Shown: positions 38,694 to 47,831 of the stretch, in pieces
How positions within the stretch are numbered: position 1 is the first letter of the stretch
Layout of the letters: each line of letters begins with the position of its first letter
From: a virus
Taxonomy: Duplodnaviria; Caudoviricetes
Length of the DNA stretch: 62,584 bases
Direction: 5' to 3' (one strand)
Virus record (IMG/VR): IMGVR_UViG_3300018036_000008
Location: 1-62,584 of that record
The notes under the pieces: model-generated
Database searches by the model: none
What the model saw: only the letters and a program-made list of their open reading frames with translations
What the model was told of the DNA's origin: nothing
Made by a program: the position numbers and the translations under genes

Positions 38694-39875
38694 ATGTTTA
38701 ACAGTAAATTAAGCGCAGAATTTAGTGGAATAAAAGATAAAGACTTAATAGGTCTTATTAAAAGTGGGGCTATTGTTCCTCCTACAGACCCTGAGTTATT
38801 AGTAGAAGGTTTAGCTACTCTTACTAAGAGTTTAAAGCCTACAGTAAAAGGCTTTGGTCGTGTTTTGGATTTAAGTGGTTTACCAGAAGGTTTTACTGTA
38901 GGTAGTAAGTACGCTAAAGATAAAGCCATTGCCGTATTCGATTCCGAAAAAGCTTTAGACTCTGAGATTATGGAAGTAGCTAAAGTACTTATGTACTCTA
39001 GTCCTTATATGTTAGATGACATTAGATTCAATCGTGGTAAAAGAACCATGATGGAAGTTACAGAGGAAGTAATTCAAAAGGAAAGTGAAGAGTTACCTTT
39101 TGATGAGGCTGTAAGTATAATTCCTAAGGTGTCTGAAGAGTACATGACCTTACTAGACAAGTCACATGGTGTATCTCAACTTGAGGCTAATGTAAATAAG
39201 TTATTTAAAGGTGTTAAGCCTGTAAAGGATATGCCTAAACCTTCTTCTGTTGTTAAGGACAATATAAAACAGATGAAAGCAGTTCTCTTAAAGTCTTTTG
39301 ATAAGAAGGCTATGGACAATGTTTTATGGGTTTTAGGTATGTTTACGGACCCAACCACTCCACAAGAAATAGCAGATACTTTAGCTATTAAAGAAGGTAT
39401 GTTAAAAGTAGGGCAAGATTTACAGAACGATTATGATAAGATCATAGACGAATATGTAGACAACGGGTACAAACAAGCAGTGTTTGAGTATTACCCTCAA
39501 ATCCTACAAGCCATTATAGTAGACTCTAATAAACAATCTAAACCCGCCTTAAATACAGATTTAAGTAAGTCTTTAGAGGAAGTTAAAAACTTCATGCCAG
39601 CATCTGTCGGTAAAGGTGACATTGATAAGTTATTACAAGACGGTCCTATCGTTATGTCTCCCACCAATACTAGATTAGATAAAGGTGATGTGGTTACTTA
39701 CTTATTAGGTAAGGGTATGACTAAAGGTGAAGTTATGAAAATGTTTGGTGGTTTTAGAGACGACAACGAAGCCGCTAAAGAGTTTCTGTTCGCTAAAGAT
39801 CCTGTTCGTATAGGAACCAAAGGTTTTAAGATTGGGGATGTCGACGGTGTAGTAGTTACTACATATAACTATTAA
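38694..39875 (+). CDS. Coiled-coil protein, divergent paralog 2
   Basis: PKP...VLLKSFDKKAMDNVLWVLG...TTPQEIADTL aligns with the central motif of its neighbours. Confidence 0.75.
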   Translation: MFNSKLSAEFSGIKDKDLIGLIKSGAIVPPTDPELLVEGLATLTKSLKPTVKGFGRVLDLSGLPEGFTVGSKYAKDKAIAVFDSEKALDSEIMEVAKVLMYSSPYMLDDIRFNRGKRTMMEVTEEVIQKESEELPFDEAVSIIPKVSEEYMTLLDKSHGVSQLEANVNKLFKGVKPVKDMPKPSSVVKDNIKQMKAVLLKSFDKKAMDNVLWVLGMFTDPTTPQEIADTLAIKEGMLKVGQDLQNDYDKIIDEYVDNGYKQAVFEYYPQILQAIIVDSNKQSKPALNTDLSKSLEEVKNFMPASVGKGDIDKLLQDGPIVMSPTNTRLDKGDVVTYLLGKGMTKGEVMKMFGGFRDDNEAAKEFLFAKDPVRIGTKGFKIGDVDGVVVTTYNY

Positions 39876-39898
39876 TTTAATTTTTCGAGGATTATGTG

Positions 39899-40960
39899 AT
39901 GGAAGAAATTATTAAGAAACTTATGGAAGACGGGCTAATTACTGTCGATGAAAACTATACGGAAGAAGAGATACAAGAGGCGATCTCAGAGGCTAGTGAC
40001 CAACTAACAACCACAGATTGGGATAAGGGTTACAAGTTATCTGCGAACGATATTTGGACAGACTTTAGTGCGGACTTTAACGAGATCCTAATTTTCGAAG
40101 ATGAAGAGGCGGCCAGTTTAGAGGCTATTTCTTCTTGGAAAAATGGGTTAGAAGGTGATATGTCTATGATTAATATAGGCCTTGCTACTAGCGGCTACTT
40201 CTTTAGTGTGTCGGACGAAGACTTTATTAAAGGTGAAGCCGAAGATTATTTAAAGGAATGGAATAATAACTTCAACAGTGCCTACGATATGTTCGACGAG
40301 GTACAAGAAGCTCATGATCAAATAGAGCAAAAAATTGAAGATCTTGAAAGTCTTGTTGGTTCCCAAGAAGAGAACTATGAACAGTTAGAACAGATAATAG
40401 ACGAAGCTAAAAAACAATTAAAGGACTTAGAAAAGACACATAAAGTAAAAGCTCCTCGAGGTGTAGGTGATAAAACTGTATGGCCTAAATTACAAAGTAT
40501 GTTAACAAGTGAGGACTTACAATATGTTAATCAAGCGTTGTCAATTTTAGAGGCGTTAGGCTACACCGATGTTTTACCAGAATTATCTAACGCCATCGAA
40601 ACCATGACTATTTGTTTAGATAACCTCGACGAAGTTATTAAGGATAACCAGGACCTTATAAAAGAAGCCGAGAAAGAAAGAGACGATTTCGAAGATGGTA
40701 AATGGAAAGAGTTTTTAGGTCAAGATGTTGAAGAAGCGGCGTACGAGTTAGCCGAAGAAGACATTACGGGATACGCTTCTGGCTCTGTTTACGAATACCT
40801 TATACATAGTGTAGGGCTTTCACAAGAAGAGGCCTTAGAAGAACTAGGTTTCGATTTACAAGCCTATGTTGAATATGTAGTAGGGTTAGATGGACCCGTA
40901 AACTTCTTAGGAGAGTCTCTCCTCTCGGATAATAACTTATATGTTATTGATTCATGGTAA
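39899..40960 (+). CDS. Acidic coiled-coil protein, paralog 3
   Basis: Same architecture as 37667..38683. Confidence 0.8.
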   Translation: MEEIIKKLMEDGLITVDENYTEEEIQEAISEASDQLTTTDWDKGYKLSANDIWTDFSADFNEILIFEDEEAASLEAISSWKNGLEGDMSMINIGLATSGYFFSVSDEDFIKGEAEDYLKEWNNNFNSAYDMFDEVQEAHDQIEQKIEDLESLVGSQEENYEQLEQIIDEAKKQLKDLEKTHKVKAPRGVGDKTVWPKLQSMLTSEDLQYVNQALSILEALGYTDVLPELSNAIETMTICLDNLDEVIKDNQDLIKEAEKERDDFEDGKWKEFLGQDVEEAAYELAEEDITGYASGSVYEYLIHSVGLSQEEALEELGFDLQAYVEYVVGLDGPVNFLGESLLSDNNLYVIDSW

Positions 40961-40965
40961 GGAAC

Positions 40966-42564
40966 TTACTTCTTCTTAGGTAGTTTCTTATTACGGGCAT
41001 CTATAGCCAAAGCATCGAATATATCTCTAATCTCATTGGATTGTGTATATATTTGGTCTTTGGCTACTTTACCTTTTACGCGTTCACCAAGTACTGACTC
41101 AATCAGTTTCATCTTAGACTTAATAACACCTTGTACTCTCTCGTCTATTGTATCTCTACACACTAAGTGAATACAATACACATTATCGTGTTCACTACCA
41201 ATACGAATCATTCTTCCTAAAATCTGTAAGTAGTCTCCAGCACTCCAAGGTGTGTCATAAAACACAAGGGCTTTAGCGGCTTGTAAGTTAATAGCATCTC
41301 CACCAGCCATGGTAATCCAGATAACTTTAGTGTCACTGTCTGTGTCTTGGAACGTGTTCATAGCCTCTCGTCTCTGTAATTCGTTCTCAGAGCCCGTTAC
41401 GCGTGTACACTTAACTTTAGCCTTCTCCAATACTTCAATGCCTTTATCCACCATTTTAGCGAACCTAGTAAACACAATTACTTTCTCGTTGTGTAAGTCC
41501 CCACCCTCTGTACATAAATCTACTAAGGCATCTAACTTTTCTGAACTGTAATCTGGAAACTCAATTAGGCATGGGTGGTTAACAATTTCCTGACAATAGA
41601 TAATACTTGTCAATTGTGTTGTTTCTCTTTCGTCTCCATCCCCAAGTTCTAGAATACCACCTAAGGCTTCATTGTACTTTTCTTCTTGGAACTTTGTAAG
41701 ACCTACTTTAATAGACTTTGTTGTAAGTAAAGGTAACTCGTCCGCTACACTATGTTTCGGTCTACCTAAATAGTAAGGGTCAATCTTATCTCTAAACATT
41801 TCTATATGATAAGTACCATACCCTACTACAACAGGAACTTGTCTACCCTTACCAACCCTTTGTAAACGAGTAATAGCAAACTGATTAATAAAACCTTGTG
41901 GGGTCATTTGAAACAAGTCGGGTACTACTACACTATAAATACCATACCCTTCTATAAGTGTGTTCTTAATAAGTGTTGCGGTTAGACCCCATACTCTATT
42001 AGCCTTACTACTTAAGTACCTACAAACTTTATGTACTCTTGTTGTAGGCGTTTTAAACACTGTAGCCTCGTCACACACTAACACATAGTCTTCCCAGTGT
42101 TGTATGTTACCAAAGTCATTACAAGCGGCTGTGTAGCCTTGAATAAGAACACAAGGTCCATCTGCTTCCATAAACTCTTGTTGTGCCTTTTCCCTTTTAC
42201 TCTTGCCACCCACACACATAAAGACATTAACGCCTTGTGTAAACTTAGCGAACTCACTATCCCATTGAGGAACAGAGGACTTTTTTGTAAGTACCATTAC
42301 TTTCTGGTTTGGATTCTTTTTCCATACATGACACAAAGAAGCAATGGTTTCAATGGTTTTACCAAGTCCAGTATCGTCTCCAACAATGAATCTATTCATG
42401 GCTAATAAGTGTACGACCATCTGTTGTTGGTAGGGTCTTAGTTTAAGGGGTATTTGTGTACCATCTTTTTTAACTAGGAACTCTCTAAAGTTAGGTGGTC
42501 TTGGTAGTTCTATATCTTTCTTAACTCTAATAAGTTTAAGTTTGTTGTATATAGTATCTGACAT
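40966..42564 (-). CDS. SNF2-family SF2 helicase/ATPase
   Basis: LRPYQ, GDDTGLGKT, CDEAT, LTAT, KVIVFTRF, AGGDAINLQAA, QILGRMIRIG. Confidence 0.92.
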   Translation of the reverse strand: MSDTIYNKLKLIRVKKDIELPRPPNFREFLVKKDGTQIPLKLRPYQQQMVVHLLAMNRFIVGDDTGLGKTIETIASLCHVWKKNPNQKVMVLTKKSSVPQWDSEFAKFTQGVNVFMCVGGKSKREKAQQEFMEADGPCVLIQGYTAACNDFGNIQHWEDYVLVCDEATVFKTPTTRVHKVCRYLSSKANRVWGLTATLIKNTLIEGYGIYSVVVPDLFQMTPQGFINQFAITRLQRVGKGRQVPVVVGYGTYHIEMFRDKIDPYYLGRPKHSVADELPLLTTKSIKVGLTKFQEEKYNEALGGILELGDGDERETTQLTSIIYCQEIVNHPCLIEFPDYSSEKLDALVDLCTEGGDLHNEKVIVFTRFAKMVDKGIEVLEKAKVKCTRVTGSENELQRREAMNTFQDTDSDTKVIWITMAGGDAINLQAAKALVFYDTPWSAGDYLQILGRMIRIGSEHDNVYCIHLVCRDTIDERVQGVIKSKMKLIESVLGERVKGKVAKDQIYTQSNEIRDIFDALAIDARNKKLPKKK

Positions 42565-42606
42565 TAGTAATCCTTGTTTATAGTTTCACAAGTATATACT
42601 GTAACC

Positions 42607-43203
42607 CTAAATCTTATTATAGGTTTGTAAGAACAAACGCATAAAGGCTTGCTTAGTAGAACTTAAGTTTGTTTTACTTGTGTCTGTTAAGTACATTGTC
42701 ACATACTGAAAGTACTTCTTGTTATCCACTATATTACACTCTTCACCTACATCTTCACAATAGTCTAAAAGTAATACAGACGCATGTTGTCTTCTATCAA
42801 AGTAGTCTTCTATTAACGGCTCTAACACTTCACTCTTAAAGTCTTCCGCCCAATACTTTAATCCTTCTACAGTTATCTCATGAGAGTAAGTTCTTTCTGG
42901 GTTGTCTGGGTCTATATCGTACAAACGATCTACATAAACTGTCTCGCCATATTCCACAAACATCTTTTGACTAAGATGTAAGATGTCTTCCTCTAAAGGT
43001 GTAAGTTCTGTTGGCCACTTATTAGGTCCTAACATAAGCACAAACTTAATCCATTTTGGTGGGTATCTTTCGAAGAAGATCCATTTCTTCATAGAACGAT
43101 TAAACAGTTTATCTAACTTGTCGCCGTACTTATCTAAAGTCCAACCAAACATTTCGATGTTATCTTGTACAATCATAACTTTAGGGTCTGTTAAACGAAA
43201 CAT
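42607..43203 (-). CDS. Hypothetical protein
   Basis: 198-aa ORF with an AGGAG RBS. Confidence 0.75.
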   Translation of the reverse strand: MFRLTDPKVMIVQDNIEMFGWTLDKYGDKLDKLFNRSMKKWIFFERYPPKWIKFVLMLGPNKWPTELTPLEEDILHLSQKMFVEYGETVYVDRLYDIDPDNPERTYSHEITVEGLKYWAEDFKSEVLEPLIEDYFDRRQHASVLLLDYCEDVGEECNIVDNKKYFQYVTMYLTDTSKTNLSSTKQAFMRLFLQTYNKI

Positions 43204-43211
43204 TATTTCTC

Positions 43212-43934
43212 CTAGTTTACATGGGCTATAATCTTACCCTCACCACCAATATGAAATCTATATCCTTGGTTGGTTTTTATAGCCTGTATGTCCCCTGTTG
43301 TAATTACTTGACATTCATTGTTTATATATAATAAACCTGTTCCAGTGTCTTTCGGTTTACTATCCTGTATGTATGTTAACTTAGATAAAGCTTCTATTGT
43401 TTCAGGTAACTGTTTATTAAGTAATCCTAAGGACTTTAAACCTAAAACAGTTCTTTCGTTTAAAACACCATCTATCGGTCCACAATGTACACCTAGTCTA
43501 TGTAAGTGCATCTGGATGGTTCTTATTAGTGTATTGTCTCCTTCCCACTTACCTATCTCTAACAAACTGGCACAACAAAAAGAGGACCAAGCATACTCTC
43601 CTAATCCTTCTTCGTGTAGTGTATTAACAATACTTGTCCACTTGCCATAATAATGAAACTTATGTGTGTTACTGTCGTTTACAGGGTATCTATTCCAAGG
43701 TATTAAGCCCAAAGGTATAACCAGACTCCAGATGTTTGCTATATTATTGTCCGAGTATATATGTATCTCCCTACCAGTATATAAAGCACTGTTAGGTGTA
43801 AACTTGTAGTCTACAGGGGCCCCTTTAAATGTGATAGGCTTTAATCCTAAATCTTTACCTTGTTTATCGACTTTTTCTAGTATGGTGACACAATCTTTAT
43901 GGATTAAGTTACCTCTGTAATTTACTAAACTCAT
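43212..43934 (-). CDS. Peptidoglycan-binding domain protein
   Basis: IQMHLHRLGVHCGPIDGVLNERT matches the PG_binding_1 pattern. Confidence 0.65.
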   Translation of the reverse strand: MSLVNYRGNLIHKDCVTILEKVDKQGKDLGLKPITFKGAPVDYKFTPNSALYTGREIHIYSDNNIANIWSLVIPLGLIPWNRYPVNDSNTHKFHYYGKWTSIVNTLHEEGLGEYAWSSFCCASLLEIGKWEGDNTLIRTIQMHLHRLGVHCGPIDGVLNERTVLGLKSLGLLNKQLPETIEALSKLTYIQDSKPKDTGTGLLYINNECQVITTGDIQAIKTNQGYRFHIGGEGKIIAHVN

Positions 43935-43960
43935 ATTATCCTCGATGTTTTGTTGTAGTG

Positions 43961-43974
43961 TATAATACCTTTAT
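43961..43974 (+). promoter_or_regulatory. Putative late promoter TATAATACCTTTAT
   Basis: Consensus match in a divergent gap. Confidence 0.45.
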
Positions 43975-43990
43975 TATATGGAGATTAAAA

Positions 43991-45061
43991 ATGAATTATA
44001 AAGAAGCCACAAATTACCTTATTGGAGACAGAGAGTTACCTTTAGAAGGTAATACTGAACAAGACATTGTATACGACCATCCTTACATTGGTAAAAAGAT
44101 TGAAGTTACTACAGCCTCTAATGGTAGTTTCAACGCTGGAGACATTGGTGTTGTAAAAGGTGTGTATACCAGACTAGGAAAAGTGGTTGGCTTGTTGGTT
44201 AACATAAACGGCAAACTAAGTTCTGGTAGTATGAAAGATTTCTACTTAGACAAGTGTGTTATAGAAGACACTAATGTGCCTACACCACTAACACTATCCA
44301 TTAAAGAGTGTGTTAAACACTTTCTTACTCAACATGATTATTGGCTTCCACATATCGAAGGTGTAGAGTCCTTTTGTTTTGAGATGTCTAGTGTAACAGA
44401 TGGTACTATGAACATTACCACTAATACACATGGTTTTATGATGTATGGTCAGAATATACAACCCCAAGACATTACGAAAGTTATTGGTAATATACAGCCA
44501 CACAATAATCATTATACAATGAATGTAATGGTTATTAACGAAAGACAAAACTACTTAACACCTAAGACTAACTTTGGATATGTAACGGACCATTGGATGC
44601 GTACTTACAAGTACACACATCAGATTGTCACTGGACTTATTAAACAAGGTTATCCTTGGGAAAAGGCTTTAGAAAACTTAAACTATCGTATAGTGGTTAC
44701 TACCAAGTTATTACAACCTTTACTAGAAAAGTGTCTTGAAAAAGTCTTACAGGCTTACTCGGAACTAGGATATGAAGATAAAGACACAATGTACTTACAA
44801 GGTATTTCTATTGGTTGTAGTAGAGTTAGACTTACAGCAGGGTCTATAGGACTTACAGAACCTCCAACAGACAGAAGGCCTTATACTGTTATTAGTATAG
44901 GACCCGATGCTTTTGATAAAGGTTTACAGTACATACAACAAGTGGTCCTTCATGAGTGTATACATATTGTTGTTGCTAATGTACACGAAGAAGAACCACA
45001 TAACGAGTTGTTTAATCAGTTAGCCGACAAGTGTGGATTAAAACCGGAACACAGGGATTAA
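43991..45061 (+). CDS. Protein with a C-terminal SprT-like zinc metalloprotease domain
   Basis: VVLHECIH...PHNELFNQL (HExxH plus a downstream H); GGAG before ATG 43991. Confidence 0.75.
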   Translation: MNYKEATNYLIGDRELPLEGNTEQDIVYDHPYIGKKIEVTTASNGSFNAGDIGVVKGVYTRLGKVVGLLVNINGKLSSGSMKDFYLDKCVIEDTNVPTPLTLSIKECVKHFLTQHDYWLPHIEGVESFCFEMSSVTDGTMNITTNTHGFMMYGQNIQPQDITKVIGNIQPHNNHYTMNVMVINERQNYLTPKTNFGYVTDHWMRTYKYTHQIVTGLIKQGYPWEKALENLNYRIVVTTKLLQPLLEKCLEKVLQAYSELGYEDKDTMYLQGISIGCSRVRLTAGSIGLTEPPTDRRPYTVISIGPDAFDKGLQYIQQVVLHECIHIVVANVHEEEPHNELFNQLADKCGLKPEHRD

Positions 45062-45621
45062 CTACTGGCTTTTTTAGCCTTGTCTACTGTATCTTTTCTA
45101 TTAAGGGCTTCTTGTTGTCTTAAACCAATAAGAGCCTTTTGATGTTCTTCACTCATTGTAGTATTACCCAATAAAGTAATTCTATCTGTATGTTTATCAA
45201 CCCATCTAGAAGTAAGACCTCTTACACTGGGTACAATCTTCTTTACTACTTTTGGATCGATAGCAGTAATAGCGATGTCCCACGCTAAGTCTAAGTACAA
45301 TCCCGCTCCAACCATTAAAGGTTGTCCATTATACATTGTACTTTGTCTTTCCTTAAACAAAGTAATACCAGACTTTGTTACAAGTTCTAAGTCTAAGTAA
45401 GGTACAGGCATAGGAATTTCGGGGCGGTTAAAGTTTAAAGTAAAAGTAAGACCTAATCTTAAGTCTCCAAATACCGCCTTAGGATTTTCTACATAACCCC
45501 AACCCACAATGTTAATCTTTAAAAGATTATTGTCGATAAGTCTATGTAAACATTCTTGTTCTACATCGGATAAAGGTGTGTAAAGGGCTTTTGAGTTAGC
45601 CCCTCCAAATAAGTTACTCAT
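45058..45621 (-). CDS. Hypothetical protein
   Basis: 187 aa; AGGAGG RBS. Confidence 0.8.
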   Translation of the reverse strand: MSNLFGGANSKALYTPLSDVEQECLHRLIDNNLLKINIVGWGYVENPKAVFGDLRLGLTFTLNFNRPEIPMPVPYLDLELVTKSGITLFKERQSTMYNGQPLMVGAGLYLDLAWDIAITAIDPKVVKKIVPSVRGLTSRWVDKHTDRITLLGNTTMSEEHQKALIGLRQQEALNRKDTVDKAKKASS

Positions 45622-45642
45622 AGTACCTCCTAGTTGTTATTA

Positions 45643-46053
45643 CTAGAATATACTACCCTCTGTAACATAACAAGCCCGTAATTTATCTTTCTTTCTACCA
45701 CTATAAAAGGATACAGTGTTTCCAATGATTGGCACAAAACTATTAACGAAGTCGGACTTGTGTAGGAAGTATGTACCTAAAGCATTAGACACAAACCCCC
45801 ACCCTTTGTTAGAATCAAAAGATGTAACAGTACCTGTAATAGGTTGTGGGGATTTAAGTCTTTTTAACGAAGTCGCTCTAGTATTATCGCCTTGAAAACT
45901 TAGAGTGACTTGTACACTCTCACCGAGAATAGGTTGTGGTTCAGAAGGGTGTAACTTTACAAAGTCCTCTACTCGAAAGAAAACTTGTATGTACCCATCT
46001 GTACAGAATCCATAACCTTGCGTTATGGAATACATATCCACAACCATATCCAT
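45643..46053 (-). CDS. Tandem cold-shock-domain protein
   Basis: Two RNP1/RNP2 sets: QGYGFC...VFFRVEDF and KGWGFV...YFLHKSDF. Confidence 0.85.
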   Translation of the reverse strand: MDMVVDMYSITQGYGFCTDGYIQVFFRVEDFVKLHPSEPQPILGESVQVTLSFQGDNTRATSLKRLKSPQPITGTVTSFDSNKGWGFVSNALGTYFLHKSDFVNSFVPIIGNTVSFYSGRKKDKLRACYVTEGSIF

Positions 46054-46499
46054 TACTTACTCTCTTTATCCTGAATTTTAGAGATAATAGATTCTCTAGA
46101 AGCATTCTTCTTAATACGAACACCTAACTCTTTAGCCTTTTCCAAGAGTTCTTTTTTACTCATCTCTAAAAGATCTTGAGCACCTTCTTTAATGTCTTCT
46201 TTAATCTCTTCCGCGGCTTCTTTAATTTCCTCTTGGATGTCTTCTTTTACATCTTCGATAATTACAGCGGCTTGTTCTTTAACTTCTTGAGCCACTTCCT
46301 TTACATTCTCAACAATAGTTTCTTTAACTTCTTGGGCTGCTTGTTGGATGTCTTCTTTAATCTCTTGAGCCACTTCTTTAATGTCTTCTAACTTTTGTTG
46401 TGCCTTTTCCAATCGTTGTTGTCTACGATCTTCTGCCATGGCTCTAAGTTCCTTTACACTAGGTAAAGGGTTTCTTTGTACTGGTTTTCTTCTACGCAT
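46053..46499 (-). CDS. Repeat-helix protein with a C-terminal Rho-N-like domain
   Basis: 11-mer KEVAQEIKEDI repeats; LLEMSKKELLEKAKELGV...SRESIISKI. Confidence 0.7.
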   Translation of the reverse strand: MRRRKPVQRNPLPSVKELRAMAEDRRQQRLEKAQQKLEDIKEVAQEIKEDIQQAAQEVKETIVENVKEVAQEVKEQAAVIIEDVKEDIQEEIKEAAEEIKEDIKEGAQDLLEMSKKELLEKAKELGVRIKKNASRESIISKIQDKESK

Positions 46500-46517
46500 T
46501 TTAATACTCCTTAAGGT

Positions 46518-46883
46518 TTATGTGCGATATGGTTTAGGTACTCTTACTCTAACACCCTGACGAATGTTTTGTGCTTGTACTTGGTCTAAGTATGACTGTG
46601 TACTTTGCGTTAACCTCGCTTGTTGTGGATGCTGACTAAGTAAGTTGTCTAGTCTTCTTTTAGATACAGGGTCTAGTGTCGGATAAATCCTATTAAAGTC
46701 ATTACGAGCATCCCTTGACTTAGAGATAGCGTTCAAGATAAAGTCGTCTTCTAAAACAGCGGGGTATTGTGGATCTTTTACAATAACCATTCTACCATCT
46801 TGTAACTGCTCTAATGAAGACTCCGCTCCATATAAACCGTTTAGATTTCCATTAATAGTCCAGTATCCATAAGGCTTAGACAA
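46518..46883 (-). CDS. Hypothetical protein (TTG start)
   Basis: GGGAGG RBS; preceded by the late-type motif. Confidence 0.7.
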   Translation of the reverse strand: MSKPYGYWTINGNLNGLYGAESSLEQLQDGRMVIVKDPQYPAVLEDDFILNAISKSRDARNDFNRIYPTLDPVSKRRLDNLLSQHPQQARLTQSTQSYLDQVQAQNIRQGVRVRVPKPYRT

Positions 46884-46912
46884 TTTTCCTCCCTTAGTCT
46901 TATTTTATTTAG

Positions 46913-46926
46913 ATAAAGAGTATATT
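46913..46926 (-). promoter_or_regulatory. Putative late promoter AATATACTCTTTAT
   Basis: Consensus match in a divergent gap. Confidence 0.5.
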
Positions 46927-46988
46927 GAAAACACACTTTTTTATAGCTTTTACCCTATACAAGTATGTCCACATATAGTACATAACAA

Positions 46989-47070
46989 TGTAAGGGAGAT
47001 GGAGAGAATTTGTCCTTTTAACTTCATTAAACTAATTTTTATAAACCATAGAAAGTAGTTCTCCCTTACA
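46989..47070 (+). other. 11-bp inverted repeat enclosing 60 nt in the SWIM gene leader
   Basis: TGTAAGGGAGA (46989-46999) / TCTCCCTTACA (47060-47070). Confidence 0.6.
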
Positions 47071-47111
47071 CTTCAATTAACCTGTGACCATTAAGTCCAA
47101 GGAGATACACT

Positions 47112-47687
47112 ATGTCTACTAACCATAATAAATTAGCAAGTAATGTTATTGGAGCCACTCGTACTCGTTATGTAGAAAGAGCGAATCCTACTAAGTTTAA
47201 ACACAATACTACTAAGGCAAACTCTAAAGGGTTGTTTGGTATTGCTATTGGATCTAACAACGATATATACGATGTACAAATTACACACGATTACAATCCT
47301 GTACAATCTAAAGATAATAAGTACGGTTGTGGGGCTATTAGTTGTACTTGTATGGAGTTTAAAATGAAAAATCCAGAAGGTACTTTGGCTTTTAAGTTAG
47401 ACCCTTGTAAACATGTGTTAGCCTTAGCCCAGCGTTGGTTAGAGAAAGATAGTCCTTCGGAACAAGTGGAACAACAGCAAGTGGACAGTACACCAACTCC
47501 TACACACATTGAAATTCCTAATCCTACTTGGGTAGAACAGGAAACACCAAAAGCGTACTTAGCAAAGATTGCGGGTGTTAAAAAGTGGTGGCCTAAGAAG
47601 TATGTAACATTAACAGATACAGCCACTTATATTGCTGTATGGTTAGCAGGACAAGAAGGTGTTCAAGGTAAACAAGTTCGCTTGTAA
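47112..47687 (+). CDS. SWIM zinc-finger protein
   Basis: SCTCMEF...PCKHVLAL. Confidence 0.85.
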   Translation: MSTNHNKLASNVIGATRTRYVERANPTKFKHNTTKANSKGLFGIAIGSNNDIYDVQITHDYNPVQSKDNKYGCGAISCTCMEFKMKNPEGTLAFKLDPCKHVLALAQRWLEKDSPSEQVEQQQVDSTPTPTHIEIPNPTWVEQETPKAYLAKIAGVKKWWPKKYVTLTDTATYIAVWLAGQEGVQGKQVRL

Positions 47688-47705
47688 AACTATACACATA
47701 CATAC

Positions 47706-47740
47706 AAAAATCAAGACTTTGTTTTAAAGTCCTGATTTTT
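47706..47740 (+). terminator. Intrinsic terminator
   Basis: AAAAATCAAGACTTT/AAAGTCCTGATTTTT with one mismatch. Confidence 0.65.
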
Positions 47741-47831
47741 AGGTTTTTTTAAGGGTTTTTCCTGTCACTGTAATTATTATATGTTATATACCAAAAAAAC
47801 ACACTTAACACACACATTTTATGGAGATTTT

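Noticed and set aside
46994-47070. Fluoride or glycine riboswitch (GGAGAUGG / GGAGAG start)
   Set aside because: The downstream conserved elements of both classes are missing and the gene context does not fit.
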